From positions 11,594,001 through 11,658,000 of the forward strand of contig CM022666.1 of NCBI GenBank assembly GCA_012295275.1: a stretch of DNA of 64,000 nucleotides, given 5' to 3'. This document shows, piece after piece, positions 21,964 through 36,186 of this stretch. The notes under the pieces are model-generated. The model worked only from the letters and a program-made list of their open reading frames with translations. It searched no databases and was not told the DNA's origin. Source of the stretch: Chrysomallon squamiferum (lineage: Eukaryota > Animalia > Mollusca). A program made the position numbers and the translations under genes. The stretch's first letter is position 1; each line of letters opens with the position of its first letter.

Positions 21964-23481
21964 GACTCATGCATTCGTACGTACATATATACATATACAT
22001 ATCAACACATACACCGCACACACACACATATAAATGTATCTAGTTACATACTCACATATACATAGGTAACCTCACACATACACACATACATACAGGCATA
22101 TATTTTTACATTCAGAGATATAGAAGTAATCTTAATTTACAATAAAAAAATTCAGAATATTCTGACAGAAATGAAAATAATTAGTAATGCAATAAAAAGA
22201 AGAAAAAAAAAATGCTGCTTAAGATGATTTCAGTGAGGTATTTTAAACTGTAATAATAATTATGTAAATTTTTTTTATTATTATTATTTTCAGTTCTGGA
22301 CATATTTTCCTAGATCTGATGGCCATTCTGTGTATTTGTTAACTTGGTAGTGTTTTGTGTTCATCGTTAGGACTGATCAGTCTATTTAGTGATAATCATT
22401 GATATTAAAGTAAGTCTAGCAGTAAGCACATTTATAACAGTGTGGATGTATTTGTTAGCAACACAGAGTATATTTCACCATCAGTAAAAATAAAGTAAAA
22501 TTTAATAAAGAAAGAAAAGAAGAAATCGTTTTACGACCTTTTTGTCATCTAAGCAAATATTTGTAATTATTTATACTTTAATTAGAAATAATACAAACAC
22601 AGTTGGGGTTGACCAGATTATAATTATGAAAAATACACAAATTAACTGTTTCTGTTTCTTTGATTTTCTGTGGAAGAATGCGGAAGACGGAAAGAAGAAC
22701 AGATATATGAAAACTATTACTGCAAAGAGAAAAATGACGTCATTGGTTAGCCAGAGACTCTCTCTGGGGTCTTCTTTCTTAATATTCAGGCCGCGTAACT
22801 AATTGAGTTCTGTGAGTCGTTAACAGGAGAATCCTGACAAACAGCCACCGCTCTGTCGTGAAAGCTCTCGTCATTATCTGTTTTTAATTCATGTGTAGTC
22901 CGCCATTTCGCTTCGTCTCCTTTGTCTAAAGACGACAGCTCGAGATGAACACCTTGCTGCCACAAAAACCAAATAAAACATTTCAGATGTTTTCCTAACA
23001 CAATGTCGTTGTAGCAAATCACGGCAGGTCGTGATTTTTGTTTATGCTTCTAAAGTTATAAAATTATAAAACAAAATTTCCATATGTATCTTCACTACGG
23101 ATACAAGTGAATTGTTTGCAGATTTTTTTTTTCTTTTCTTTTTTGACATTTACCTGCATTAAAAAGTAAATGTAGGAAGATTTCAAAATGAAATTTTGTT
23201 TTGCAAATATTTATTTACCAAAAATATCATCTGATTATGTGTTCGTTTTTCATATTTTTTTAATGTTTCATTATCATCTATACTAGAAAAATTTTGAAAG
23301 TTTAATTTTTTCTTAAATAAATTTGGTAGACTTTAAATGAAATAATGTGTGTGTATTTTAAATTGTTTATATTCTTTCAACTGATTTGTCTCTCATTAAA
23401 TACCTAAATATGCTTTACAAATTACTGCTTCTATAAAATTTGACAACAGTTGCTGTGTGTGTGTGTGTATGTGTGTGTGTG

Positions 23482-23570
<89 letters not shown>

Positions 23571-23895
23571 GTGTGTGTGTTGGTATTTGTTGTTTTTAAA
23601 ACTAATTCAGTCTACAACCAAATTATTTAACATCATAAATTTTCCGTGGCCATTCCATTTAGACGTTTTCTCAATACCTGATTACCTGCACAGTAATTAC
23701 GCACAAATGCATTTGTACTTTTGACCGGTTAGTTACCGTACAGGTGTTAACAACAGATCCACAGCCGCACTTACCTGTGATTAGAGGTCGCTTCTACATA
23801 ATATCTCGTCACAGTAAACAACTCGCGTGTTACGTAATAATATCAACACTTCACAGCTGTTGGGCTAATATACTGCAGCATTATTACTATTCTTA

Positions 23896-23944
<49 letters not shown>

Positions 23945-24773
23945 CATCATCATCATCATCATCTACATCATCAATACTTTAATGTTAGCAACAGAATGAC
24001 TGAATATTAGTTTTTATAGATTTTTAAGTGAATTTTTTTTTAATTAATATCATTTTTATATATTTTTTTTTCTTGAGAATCAAGCAAGAATAAATAAATG
24101 AATCTCCCCAGTGATGATAATGATGATGAAGCTGATAACATAATTATAAAACTTATACAAACAATACTTGGAAAGTATGCGTGTATTGGAGCAAATGATT
24201 ATGATGATGATGATGATAATCATCTGGCCAGTCTTTTATTAATGCATCTATCACATGCACTATTGCACCTGTCCGTAGTGTATTAAATTTAGTAATAATG
24301 TATTTAAAATCTATTTAAACACGGGTTGAATTTTGTCTGTTGAAAAACAGATTCCTCGGCTTGTTTTTACATTTCAGATGTTCATTTCTGTAGAGTTTTA
24401 TAAACTGATATTTTATTTTATTTTCATTTTATTTTTTGTTTGTATTGTTTTAAATAAATAATTATTTATTATCGATATAAACAGAAGCATGTGAAATTAC
24501 ACTGTGTAAAATTATATACATACAGAAATTTTTATATAGAAATAATATATCAGCTTAATATCTTCCATAAATAAAAACATAATTATCATGTTTTACCTTT
24601 GCAGTAAGAATATTCCCGATACTGCTAAACCACTCTTTTCTTATTATACTTCGTTACTGAGACATGTTGACAAAAAATTACAAAAAAGAAAAAAGAAGAA
24701 GTTGAAAAAAAAACCAATAATGATAATAATACATTTTTAAAAAATAAAGAAGAAAATAAATAAATAATTATAA

Positions 24774-25114
24774 CAGTAAAACTCAACTCGTAGCAGGCAC
24801 ACTTTGATATTGTTACACAGTAAATTTATTATTCCACATTTGCTCACTAGTTTAAGAAGAAAAAAACAGCGTTACGTCTTGTAAAGGAGATTGAGAACAG
24901 CTAGTCCGGAACTGGGTGATTAAAGAAGCAGACGGACATAATATAAACCAGTCACTCTTTTAGTTTGAGAAAAACATGGCAGTCAGTTCGTGGGACCAGT
25001 CGAGTATCTCAGACAATTACGGACAGAATACAAATACTTAATCCGGACATAAAAGAATTAGTCCGACAATTTTGTATCCGTTAACTTCAAAGTCCGTTAA
25101 ACTGGTGGTTTACT
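24774..25114. mobile_element. Degenerate pogo/Tigger-like MITE
   Basis: Ends CAGTAAAAC... and ...GGTTTACTG, with internal CGGAC/GTCCG subterminal repeats in both orientations. The flanking TA is not preserved. Confidence 0.4.
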
Positions 25115-26250
25115 GCGCATGTGTACGACGGGCGTTTTCCCAGTATACAGTATTTTTTTTATTAAACTTGGTGAAATCAGTGCAGAAAATAAAAACTGAT
25201 GGTTAAATTTCTAATTATAAGATAACTGTTCTTTTTATTTTATTTTGTTTTGTTGTTGTTGTTTTTGTTGTTTTTTTGTTTCTTCTTTCTACTGAAACAT
25301 CCTATGCTGTGTCGTCTGCTAGTGTGTCTAAATATAGGTATAAAACATGGCGTGCCGCATAATTCATTAATCATATTTTTAGAATGATTGCTTAAATAAT
25401 TAAATCTTCTAAGCTGTTTTTTATAAAGTAGAAATTCACCAAAGCTTCTTTTCGTAAGTATTATAAGCACCTTTTTATTTATTTAAAAAAAAAGAAAAAA
25501 AAAAAAAAAACAATTATGACAACAATTCAACATTTCTAATTGAAATGACAAAACAATTACTAAACGGAAAATTACATGATGCGAATAAGTATTTTTCATA
25601 TGTTTAAATAATAATAATAACAAAAAAATTAATAATATATATTTATTTATTTAATACAGTGTGATGGCGTTAGGGCAGTCATTGAGCTGCACAAGAAAAG
25701 CTGCTGTCCAAATACTGAGCTAATAACACGAAATACTTCTCTTTTAGCCTTGCTTCATTCTTTTCTTTCCTTTTTTCCCCTTTCTGTTACTTCTTTTCTT
25801 TTTCCACATTTTCCTTATGCCAAGTAAATTAATTTTGAATTAAAGAATTCTGTGACAGTATAAATAAAAATACAAATTCATTTTTAGTTAAAAAAAAGGA
25901 AAAAATAAATATTTCATGAAATTTGAACTTCGCTTTTAGAATTGATCGCTTGAATCTCGTCTTTCATAGAAAAAAAAAATAAAAAAATAACATTTTTCAT
26001 CTCGTCACAGTCAGCTCTAAAAAAAAAAAAAAAAAAAATAATAATAATAAATAAAAATAAAATAAAGTAAAATAAAATAATAATAATAATGATAAAAAAT
26101 ACGAATGATCGAAAAAAGAAAACACGAAATAAACTAGCCAATTTTTAAAGGTTTTTATTTTTATTTTTTTTATTTTAAAATTATTATTATTAATTTTATT
26201 TTTTGTTGTAGTTCTTGCGGAATGAGAAAAAAGGTTCAGCAGCTGACCAC

Positions 26251-26325
26251 GTTAAATCTGAGTTCATGTAAAATCTGAATTCATGTTAAATCTGAATTCA
26301 TGTTAAATCTGAATTCATGTAAAAT
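26251..26325. repeat. 17-bp tandem repeat, about 4 units
   Basis: AAATCTGAATTCATGT(T/A) repeated. Confidence 0.85.
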
Positions 26326-26869
26326 TTCACAGACACTGTGTTGATTTTTTTTTCGTGTACTTGGTTCGCTTTGATTTTCTCTATTGGTTTATTTATTTGT
26401 TGGATCGTTAATTAATTTCTAAAGAAAATGTTTCAATTTTCTGTTTGTATTGTATCTAACAGAAACTTGACAGCATTATAAAAGAGAAGGATTTTGTGTA
26501 ATTATTTTCTCCTAAAATGTGAATAATGTCTTATTTAAGTATTTGTAATCTGTAATTTTCTGGCGTCATATTACGCACTCACGCACACAAAACACTCGTG
26601 CTGCAGGTTGTACATCTTTGATCAAGAAATGTGTGGCTCGGCAGTTCCACGGTTCGACTTGCTTTGAATCTCTGCTACAACGCGACCAGGCGCCTCACTT
26701 TGTTACGCTGCAGCCACGTGTCCTGTGCCAGAGACCCATTAATCTGCTTTAGCCCTTGATCCAACAGACTGCACGGTGTAGAGGATGCTGTTTTTATGTT
26801 ACACATTACAACAAAAACTGTTTGGATGTATTTATTGTTCGTGTTAGTTCCCCCCTTTTTTTTTTCTCC

Positions 26870-26963
<94 letters not shown>

Positions 26964-27184
26964 CGTCTGAAATAAGCAGTTTTAATAACGTCACTATTTG
27001 TAATTCGTAATTTTCCATAGTCTGCCAATGGCTAAGTTGCCGATTTAAGGATGTACAAGATGTTTTTACATATGTTAAAGACTATATATAGATAAAGAGA
27101 GCAGAAACCCGCTGTCGTAACTCAGCAGGCTATTTTTAGGTTAACTTCGGTAAGCCTACAATGAGTTTTATTTATTTATTTATT

Positions 27185-27232
<48 letters not shown>

Positions 27233-28730
27233 TTTTGGCTGTTTGCTGGTTTCTACGCTCTAGCGAGTTAAATTCTGAAATTCTGTGTGATTCTTTCTTC
27301 TATAACCGTTGTTCTCCAGTTAGTCGAGCTTGTTGTTGTTTGTCTCATTTAACAGTTTCTTCCGCTTGGTACATTAAAAAACGTTCACAGTGTACAGACT
27401 CCACAGTTATAGCAGTTCGCGTTTTAATGACAGTTAAATGAAATAGATTTCATCGCGTTTCCTTTAGAAATTTCTTTGGCTGTTTAAAGTGGAAAATGTA
27501 TTACCAGAATTTCTGAAAAAACAACAACAACAGAAGGACGAGTTACACTGAAAGGAGGGAATGGACAAAAGACAAGGGGAGAAAACGTGCTTACAGCATT
27601 GCAGATCTCGAAGGGCAGTATTAGGATAAATAGCATTGCTGAGCCCAAATGAAAGCAATTAATACTCTGTCATTCCACTACTGCATTAAACAACAAGAAA
27701 CTGGTTAATAATCTGTCACACTAAGTAAATGCAATAATACTCTGTTTCTCAAGCTAAATACCATCACTGCAGTTTTTATTAATTTAGTTATGTTATCTTT
27801 CAAATAAATAAACACTGTTGTAAAATTTCATACACAACTGGAAGCATTACCACTTTAGTTAAAAAACAAATAGTAATAATGATAAAAAATAAAATAAAAA
27901 TAATCATAAAAAATGATGAACTCATTCAGTTTAAATTCAGCAATGATGATCTTTATCGGCACGAATGTTTCCACTTAACACAATATGAACTGTACTTAGT
28001 TCAGTCTAAGCATCAGTTGCATTGATATGAGTAACGCTTGAGTGTATTGTGCAGTGTCCAAGTGATACTGATCGAACAAAAGTAATGGAAATTTGTCAAA
28101 TGTCTGACAGAGTATTTGTCATGTTTCTCCTTCAGATCGCCCTCTTCAGCTGTAATCGATCAGCAAGCTCAACTCAAACTGTACAGCTCTGTGAATCGTA
28201 ACTGCCTCTTTTTAATTCTACAATACAGTTAAAATGTCGTCAAGAAATATATAGATTATCAGCAGCCTGTGTGAGATCTTGTAAACACTGTGATATCTAA
28301 CAGCATGTCCAAGTGTTCTGTCGCACAACCGTTGTAAAAAATATTCTTCAGTTTTAAAATTTTTATTTTGTGAATAAAGACATACGTTCACATTAATTCC
28401 TGTTGTGTAGATCCTATGCAGAAATACCAGGATTTATAAATAAATAAAGACGCAAAGAAAGACCAAAAAAAAAAAAAAAAAAAAAAATATTAAATCCATA
28501 GATTAAAAAAATAAAAAATTAAAGAATGGAAAAAGAACAAGCTTTTCATAATATTTTTTAAAAAGTAAAAATAAATTTAATATGATTTAATAAAGTATTT
28601 GCCATGTAATAACGCCAAAATAATCCAGTTTTTGCAGTCGTTGTAATTACATTTTGTTTATCTGCTTGTTTATTTATTGGTTTTTTCTTTTAAATTGTTT
28701 TTATTGCTTTTATTGTTATTGTTCTTCTTG

Positions 28731-28805
<75 letters not shown>

Positions 28806-29121
28806 TATTTTTAAAGCATGGAGAGAATACCTGTATCTAAATGTATTGGATGTTGATTTACAATTAACTGTTATAATTTATTTCTGTAGTGACCCCAACA
28901 AGTAGCTCACTGGACATGTAGTAATATTTGCTGTGATGTCACACACACTGTCATACAAGTCTCACACGTAATCAACGAGCAGAGAGACTGTAGTCACCTT
29001 TCTTTATAACTAATGTCAGGACTGTTTATCAAAGTTTTGTAATATTACGTTTCCCTCAGTTCAAACTCTGTCAGGCTCGCGTGCAGTTTGACCGAATCTC
29101 CACTGTTGTATTTAAGTCTAC

Positions 29122-29167
<46 letters not shown>

Positions 29168-31737
29168 CTGCTTATGTATACCTACAAGTGTCTGTATGTG
29201 TGTTCATGGCTGCGCCGACCTTAATTTTGCGATTTGTATTTTTATTATTATATTAATAATAAATATAACTGTATGTCAAATCTAACACAAATCACTTATC
29301 TTTTTGTCAAATGTTTAAAATTTATATATTTTGTCAAAAGAAATAACATTATTTTAATTATTATTTAATGCTTATGTATTATATTTCTTCACAAATATTT
29401 TATATGGTATAATAAGATAACAATAAATAAATAGAGAGACACAGAGACAGACAAGCAGACAGATATATGGATAGAAAGATAAAATAAAGTAAATACCAGT
29501 AATTAAAATATAACATTTACCTGGAATCTAATATAATCATTATCTCTTTATTTACACCAGATTACACAATATTAATTGAATAAAAATTGCTGTATTAAAA
29601 CACAATAAGTTTTTTAATCCGAAAATATTTTAAATTCCCGAAATAGTGGTAATACTGGCAATAACTTTATGTCGATTATTAAATGGCAATGTTAGAAGAT
29701 TCATCTAAATATGTGAATTTTACAAAAAACACTAATAAATAAATGAAATAAAACAAAACAAAATAAAATAAAATAATAAAATAAATAAAATAAATTAGGA
29801 AAAGTAATATTATAAAATTTCATTTACTATATTATTTTATGATATTTATGAAGTTTTAATTACTGATGTTTAAAACTGTTTTCCTGCACTGAAACTGAGA
29901 TGTGTTTAAAGTGCTTTTTGTTGAGGAATTCACGAACATTTTTTACCATTCTACAAGAAAAAGAAGCACTGAAAAGAACTGAACACTTGAGATTGTACAA
30001 ATTATGGATTTTTGTTATGAATACTTCCATTAACTCCCACGTTTTGAGTAAATATCAAAATAAACCCAAATCTGAAATATCGACAGGAAAATGGAATTTA
30101 AAAAAAAATTACTTAAAATGATTCCAATGATATATATATATATATATATGTATAATCATTACAGTGATATATATGTGTATGTATGTATATATATAAAATG
30201 AATTTTTTTAAAGTATTTCAGTTTGATATTAAAATTTCAATTATAAAAGTTAGCAGTAGTAATAAAATGTAATGACAGATTGAAATGATAAAAAATTACA
30301 TTTCTCAATAATAATTTTTATTTTGCCGCCAGTTAGCGTGAAGACATTATTTTAATGTATAACGGGACACACATTTGTTTTTTGTTTTTTTTTTTTTTTG
30401 TGTGATAATTATCATTATTTTCAGTTACGTTCTCTTTTGTGCTTAATGTTGATTAGTTTGCTTGTTTGTTTATTTTATTTTTTAATTTTTAATTTTTTTT
30501 TTTTTAATGCTTTCTTTTTTTATAATTTTTTTCAATTATACAAATAAAAAAAATAAAAAAATTAAAACGTTTATTCAATATTATGAATGTTACATTCAAC
30601 TGATACTTCTTATTTGATTAATTAATCGAATACTAAATATGCAAATTAAGACTTAAGCAACAATAAACTCGATGAAATTGATTTACTTTGAATAAACAGC
30701 GGATCGGTGCGAAGCATTCCATCGCAAGAGATCTATTTCGATCCTGCATTGTTTTGCTAAAACAAATTATATTTTATTTCACAGTGAAATTGCCAGTGTT
30801 TGGCTCACGCTAGATGGCGCTATAAAGATGTCTGTGAATGTTCCAGAGGGTGTCACACAAACGTAGAATACTAATGACTAATTAAATTCCTGTTTGTATT
30901 TGTAATAACTACGAATGTAAACAAATTTAGTAACTGTTTGGATATTTTCGTAATAGCCTGCGTATTAAAATAAAAAGCCTATCCGATGTGAACAAACAGG
31001 ATATGGAAATTTTCAATTTTTGGTCGCACTACAGTGGCCGCAGTACCAGTCGACCCTTTAATTTTCACGTCCATTGGAGACGAAACTAATTGTTTATATA
31101 TAAAATTGATTTCTGATGCCAAACCGCATCCTCCATTGAGGGCGTGTTCGTTTTTGAGCATAGTTTCCAGCAGACGAGGAGTTAGATTAATCGACTTGTG
31201 AGTTTTGTTATTGTTTTCCAATAGATTGGCGGCCGCGGTGGTTTGTGTAGCGGAAATGAAATGTTATTGAGTATGTATTGTTGGCGAATTTTTATGATCG
31301 CTTTTATGCGCGATGCAAATAAACCTGGATCTCTTTTATAGCGCCTACTGCTTCGCTGTACTAGTTATACATTTCCGTGCATCGATAAATACGTAGAATC
31401 AATACGTATATATTTTTAATCTTTCTTTTTCTTTCAACAATTCATTTATTATATAAATATAATTCGCTGAAAACAGTATTTAAGTATTTTCCGATATAGA
31501 GTTTTTAATCTTGAGTAATATTGATAAGGAGAAAAAAAAAAAAAAAAGAAGAAGAAAAAAAAATTTAAACAGTAAACCATTCCGAAATATTTCTGAATGG
31601 TCAAGTAAATTTGGGTTGAATGGTCAGGTAATTTGTTTATTCTGTAAATAATTAATCAACATTGTCCTCATTGAAAATCTAATCAGAAGATTAAAGAACT
31701 GAAAACCCGTGAGATCAAGACAGAGAGTCAGACAGAC

Positions 31738-31935
<198 letters not shown>

Positions 31936-32395
31936 TATTTAGGCAGATAGATTATAGACAGATAGATCGATGGACAGAAAGATATAGATAGATAAAGAAA
32001 CAGATAGACATGCAGACAGATACAAAAAGAGCGCGAGAGAGAGAGACAGAGGCATGAATTAAGATACCTATGTACAGGTTCAGAATGTTGTTTTGCGGGA
32101 AATTATACAAAACTAATAAATATTTAATATGTCCTCGTGTTCCACTCTTAACGCAAAAACCTAATTTACAACTTTATCATGTATCAAAGAGAATACATAA
32201 CACACAAGTAAACCTGAACTACACCCGTGAACATTAATTAATCAGTGGGGTATTAAAAATGGGGATATTCTTTTATAACTGGCACTAAATATGTAAGCTG
32301 GTAATTTGAACGTGATATATTCATTGAAGCTTCTACGAGAGAAACATGCCACATACATACACACAATACACACATAGAGACATACATATACACAC

Positions 32396-32453
<58 letters not shown>

Positions 32454-33139
32454 GCACACGCACACAAACTCAATCTGTTTTCGTCATCTCTTTCTTTCTT
32501 TCTGACTTTGCCTTTCCTCTGTCAAGTATATGAGTGTGCGTGTGTCTGAATTTCACAGTTTTCTTAAATTTTTTTTGTTTTAAAAATTAAATAATAAATA
32601 AAATAAAATAAAACAAAAGTTAAATGATGTTGTTTTTAAAATACGTTAATCCCAACCTGACATTAAAATGCGTTTCGTTTTATCTAAGTTTATGGATTGG
32701 TGCTTCTTTTTATTTAGCACGGAGTGAATATCTCTTAACACTGTGCAAGTTAGAATAACACAATTTAAAAATTAAACAACTCTCAAATTAACAGGGGTAA
32801 AATTTCTAACTTTGATAGGGGACAGTAGAGAAGTAGGTTAAGGAGGTTTCAAATGTGTCTCTGACTGGTTTGAAAGTTAAAATGACTTACTGGACTACAT
32901 CATATGGTGTGACTGTTATTCGTCTTACATTACCGGTTCCGTTAAATACATAAATAAAATAAAATAAAATAAATGAAATCACCTCAGCACTTTCATATTA
33001 ATGGAAATTAGTGTCACTTACAGATTTTTCATGTATGTGTATGTTTATGTATACAATAACACATATAAGAGAAAGTAAGAAACTGAGTGAGTGAAGGAGA
33101 GAAAGAGCGAGAATAATTATTATGTTCTTTCTTAACATG

Positions 33140-33256
33140 CCTTACTCTTATTGATTAGCAGTAAGTGATATTTTATAGGTTCCTTTCCACAGACAGGAAA
33201 ACAGTAACAAATGTCTGGTAAAATCAAGACGAAGAGCACTGCTAGAACAGGAAACG
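33140..33256. mobile_element. Degenerate SINE-like fragment
   Basis: TACTCTT..GATTAGCAG.AAG.GATATTTTATA....TCCACAGACAGGA resembles an abundant gastropod SINE core as I recall it; not database-checked. A similar fragment lies at about 27085-27140 (GAAACCCGCTGTCG). Confidence 0.4.
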
Positions 33257-34698
33257 GCCCCTCTGTTACACTAACGACCACTCATATATGGAGATTAAAT
33301 TACCATGCAGTATTTTCTTGGCATGCAATGGTTAAATAGAAAGTGTTTGAATGTGTCGATTCGTGAAAATAATCAATTCGCTCAGGTTTAGACGTGTTTT
33401 TCACATTCCTACACCGCTGTAACCATTGTAGTCTCGTCTTTAACCATTATTTACCAATGTCATAAATAAATACGTCCCAGCCTCACGAAAATTAAACTGT
33501 TTTACAATCATACGGTGAACTATGGATTTTATTGCTTCGCTAAAATGATGTCAGTGATTAATTTTGTCTGCTTTGTCTATTAAAGCTTAAATACAGATCT
33601 TATCACTTTTATTTTATTTTATTTCATTTCATTTTATTTTATTTTATTTTTAAGACAAATACAAAATTTAAGAAAACTGGTCTGTGAAATTGAGACACAC
33701 ACGCACACTCATATACTTGTCAGAGCATATATACTGCTAAATAAATAAGTGGAGAAGAATAACAATGAATTAATAGAAAATAATATATGTATTTAGGAAA
33801 TAGAAATGGGAGACATTACATGGCCTATAATATATATATATATATGTATCATAGTTATAATGTAAATTTTAAAATCTTTTTTCTCTGTGAATCGTCTTGT
33901 AGAAGATAAAACTCTGCATGGTTTTATTTCTAAGAGAAAAGTGATGTTCCATACTCCGCACGCCATAAACAATTTAGAGGTCCAAAATTAAAGAGAGATC
34001 GTTATCATCATCCAAATTGAAAGACATTTCTATGGCTACAGTACATTTCACAGTTAATTAGAGATTTTACACTTTCATAAACTCAAAATGTATATGACGT
34101 CTTTTGGCAAAAATTATCATTGTTATCTAAATTTGTTTGTTTTGTTTTTCTTTTATCATAGTTCATTAAAATATCTGGCGAGACTGTTAAAATCCACAGC
34201 GCGCTAGTAAGAAACATTGTCTCTTTTTTAAAACTTGTCTGCGACAAAAAACACTTTTCACCGCTCAAACAGGTTCATTTCATCTGCTTTTATTTCGTTT
34301 GTTACTGAAGAACTTACACACTGCACGGGGTTTGTGTGCGCTTGTTGCTGTTTTCCCGGTTTAGAGAGTTGTTTTGTCTTGTTAACAGACCGGTAGAACC
34401 TTTGCTTGATCTAAACAAAACTGTATCTCTGATTGTTTTCAGGTTCAGGTTTTCAGTCATCGCCTTTACTGGCGTCGTATTTACTGGCTTCGATAATCTT
34501 CTTACTGACTAATGTTCTGTCGGTGTGATTAAGTGATAACCGGCTGATTTATCTCAATGTTAAAATATGTGCATTTATAATTTATTATTTTTCCATGAAC
34601 GACTGTTTTGTTGACTAAATAACTAATGATCACAGACGAGTCGTTTCTGCTAGACATCTTTTTTAAATTATTATTTAGGTAAAGTCTTCTTCTCTACA

Positions 34699-34737
<39 letters not shown>

Positions 34738-35418
34738 CATAATAATAATAATAATGTTATTGGTTTTGATGCAAAATAATTATATCAAAGTTCTTACAAT
34801 CTTTGAATCTCTACCTAGTTTAGTTTAGTTATACTAGAAATATTTTTAACTTCGGGTTCATGAAATTGTATCTTTGGAAAATCGAAGGCAAATTTTAAAT
34901 ACATATATTAGCACTCGGATCGCATTTTGCTACTGTGTGCACCTCTGGGAGACAGAATCATCTCTGGTATAAGATCGTTTTAAGGTTTGATGAATCCACA
35001 TTTGACCGAGAAGAAGTAACACGGGCAGTATTTCTACTTCAAAATATAAATAATGTGAAGACCGATCAAATATGAAAATTTTGTTACATTTGAGATTTGT
35101 ATATATTTTTAAATATAAAATTACAAAACCATATTTAGTAATAATAAGATAACAATTAAATAATTTCTGAGAAAACAGAGTCTCTTTGATGTTTTCAGTT
35201 CAGATGTTTGGGGTAATTTACAGGTATTTTTAATTTGATGTATAAATGGTAATTTGAAATAAACCAGTTCAGAACAGAAAGTGATAAACACACACACACA
35301 TACACACACAGATATATGTACATATACATATAAACACAAAAAGACACAAATGCATATATATACATCCTTTCATTTAATGTATATTTATGTTTGCATATAA
35401 TAATTTTAATAATGTGAG

Positions 35419-35477
<59 letters not shown>

Positions 35478-36118
35478 ATAGTCATATACTAGTATATTTG
35501 TATGAATTTCATGGAGTGGACTGCAATATTCATGTATACTAGTATGTTTATATATGTGTGTGTGAATTTGATAGTCATATTTACTAGTATGTTTGTATGT
35601 GTATGAATTTGATAGAAAACTGCAATATTCGTGTATACTAGTATGTTTGTGTGTTGTGTGTAACCATGTAGAGATGCTAAGTTAAATAATATTTGTTCAG
35701 TGTAAGAGGTCACCTGTCTAGTTGTCGCTGCCTGTGTGTCTTCATGAATGTGCCTCATTAAGAATTCTTAGGAAGAAAACGATGGAAATTACCGCTAATG
35801 GAGATTCAGTATTAAGATGATCAGATCACTACAACACGTTATGCTGTTTACAAGGTGGACATCCTCCTTCGCCAGGCACTGGCCATTGAGAGAGCACGTA
35901 ACTTGCCTCCCAAACACTGAAACACCAGTCAATATCGTCAATACAAACAGCACGTGCTTATAATGGATGCTAGCGAGACTTGCAAGCTCCTCCCTAAATG
36001 GCGCGGACTCTATGTATTTCAGTGACCAGAAGCGGGCCATTCCTTTGACTACCATCGTTCCTACACATCAGTCCTACTTCTGAAAGTCCATTAGCAACAG
36101 AAGATAAGAAACCCAGCC

Positions 36119-36186
36119 ATGACATTTAGCAAGAATCAGTTCCTGGTCAGCTTTCTCTGCGGACTCTCGTGTTGCTTTCTTTTATG
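36119..36186 (+). CDS. Neuropeptide precursor, coding exon 1 (most of the signal peptide, MTFSKNQFLVSFLCGLSCCFLL)
   Basis: ATG in gccATG context, followed by a hydrophobic stretch and a consensus GTAAGT donor at 36187 in phase 2 (TG|). Joining to the acceptor at 49943 (|T) gives TGT and continues in frame as CKSVAA-SQNNENLNPEKK, which completes a typical signal peptide with a V-A-A cleavage site. Confidence 0.8.
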
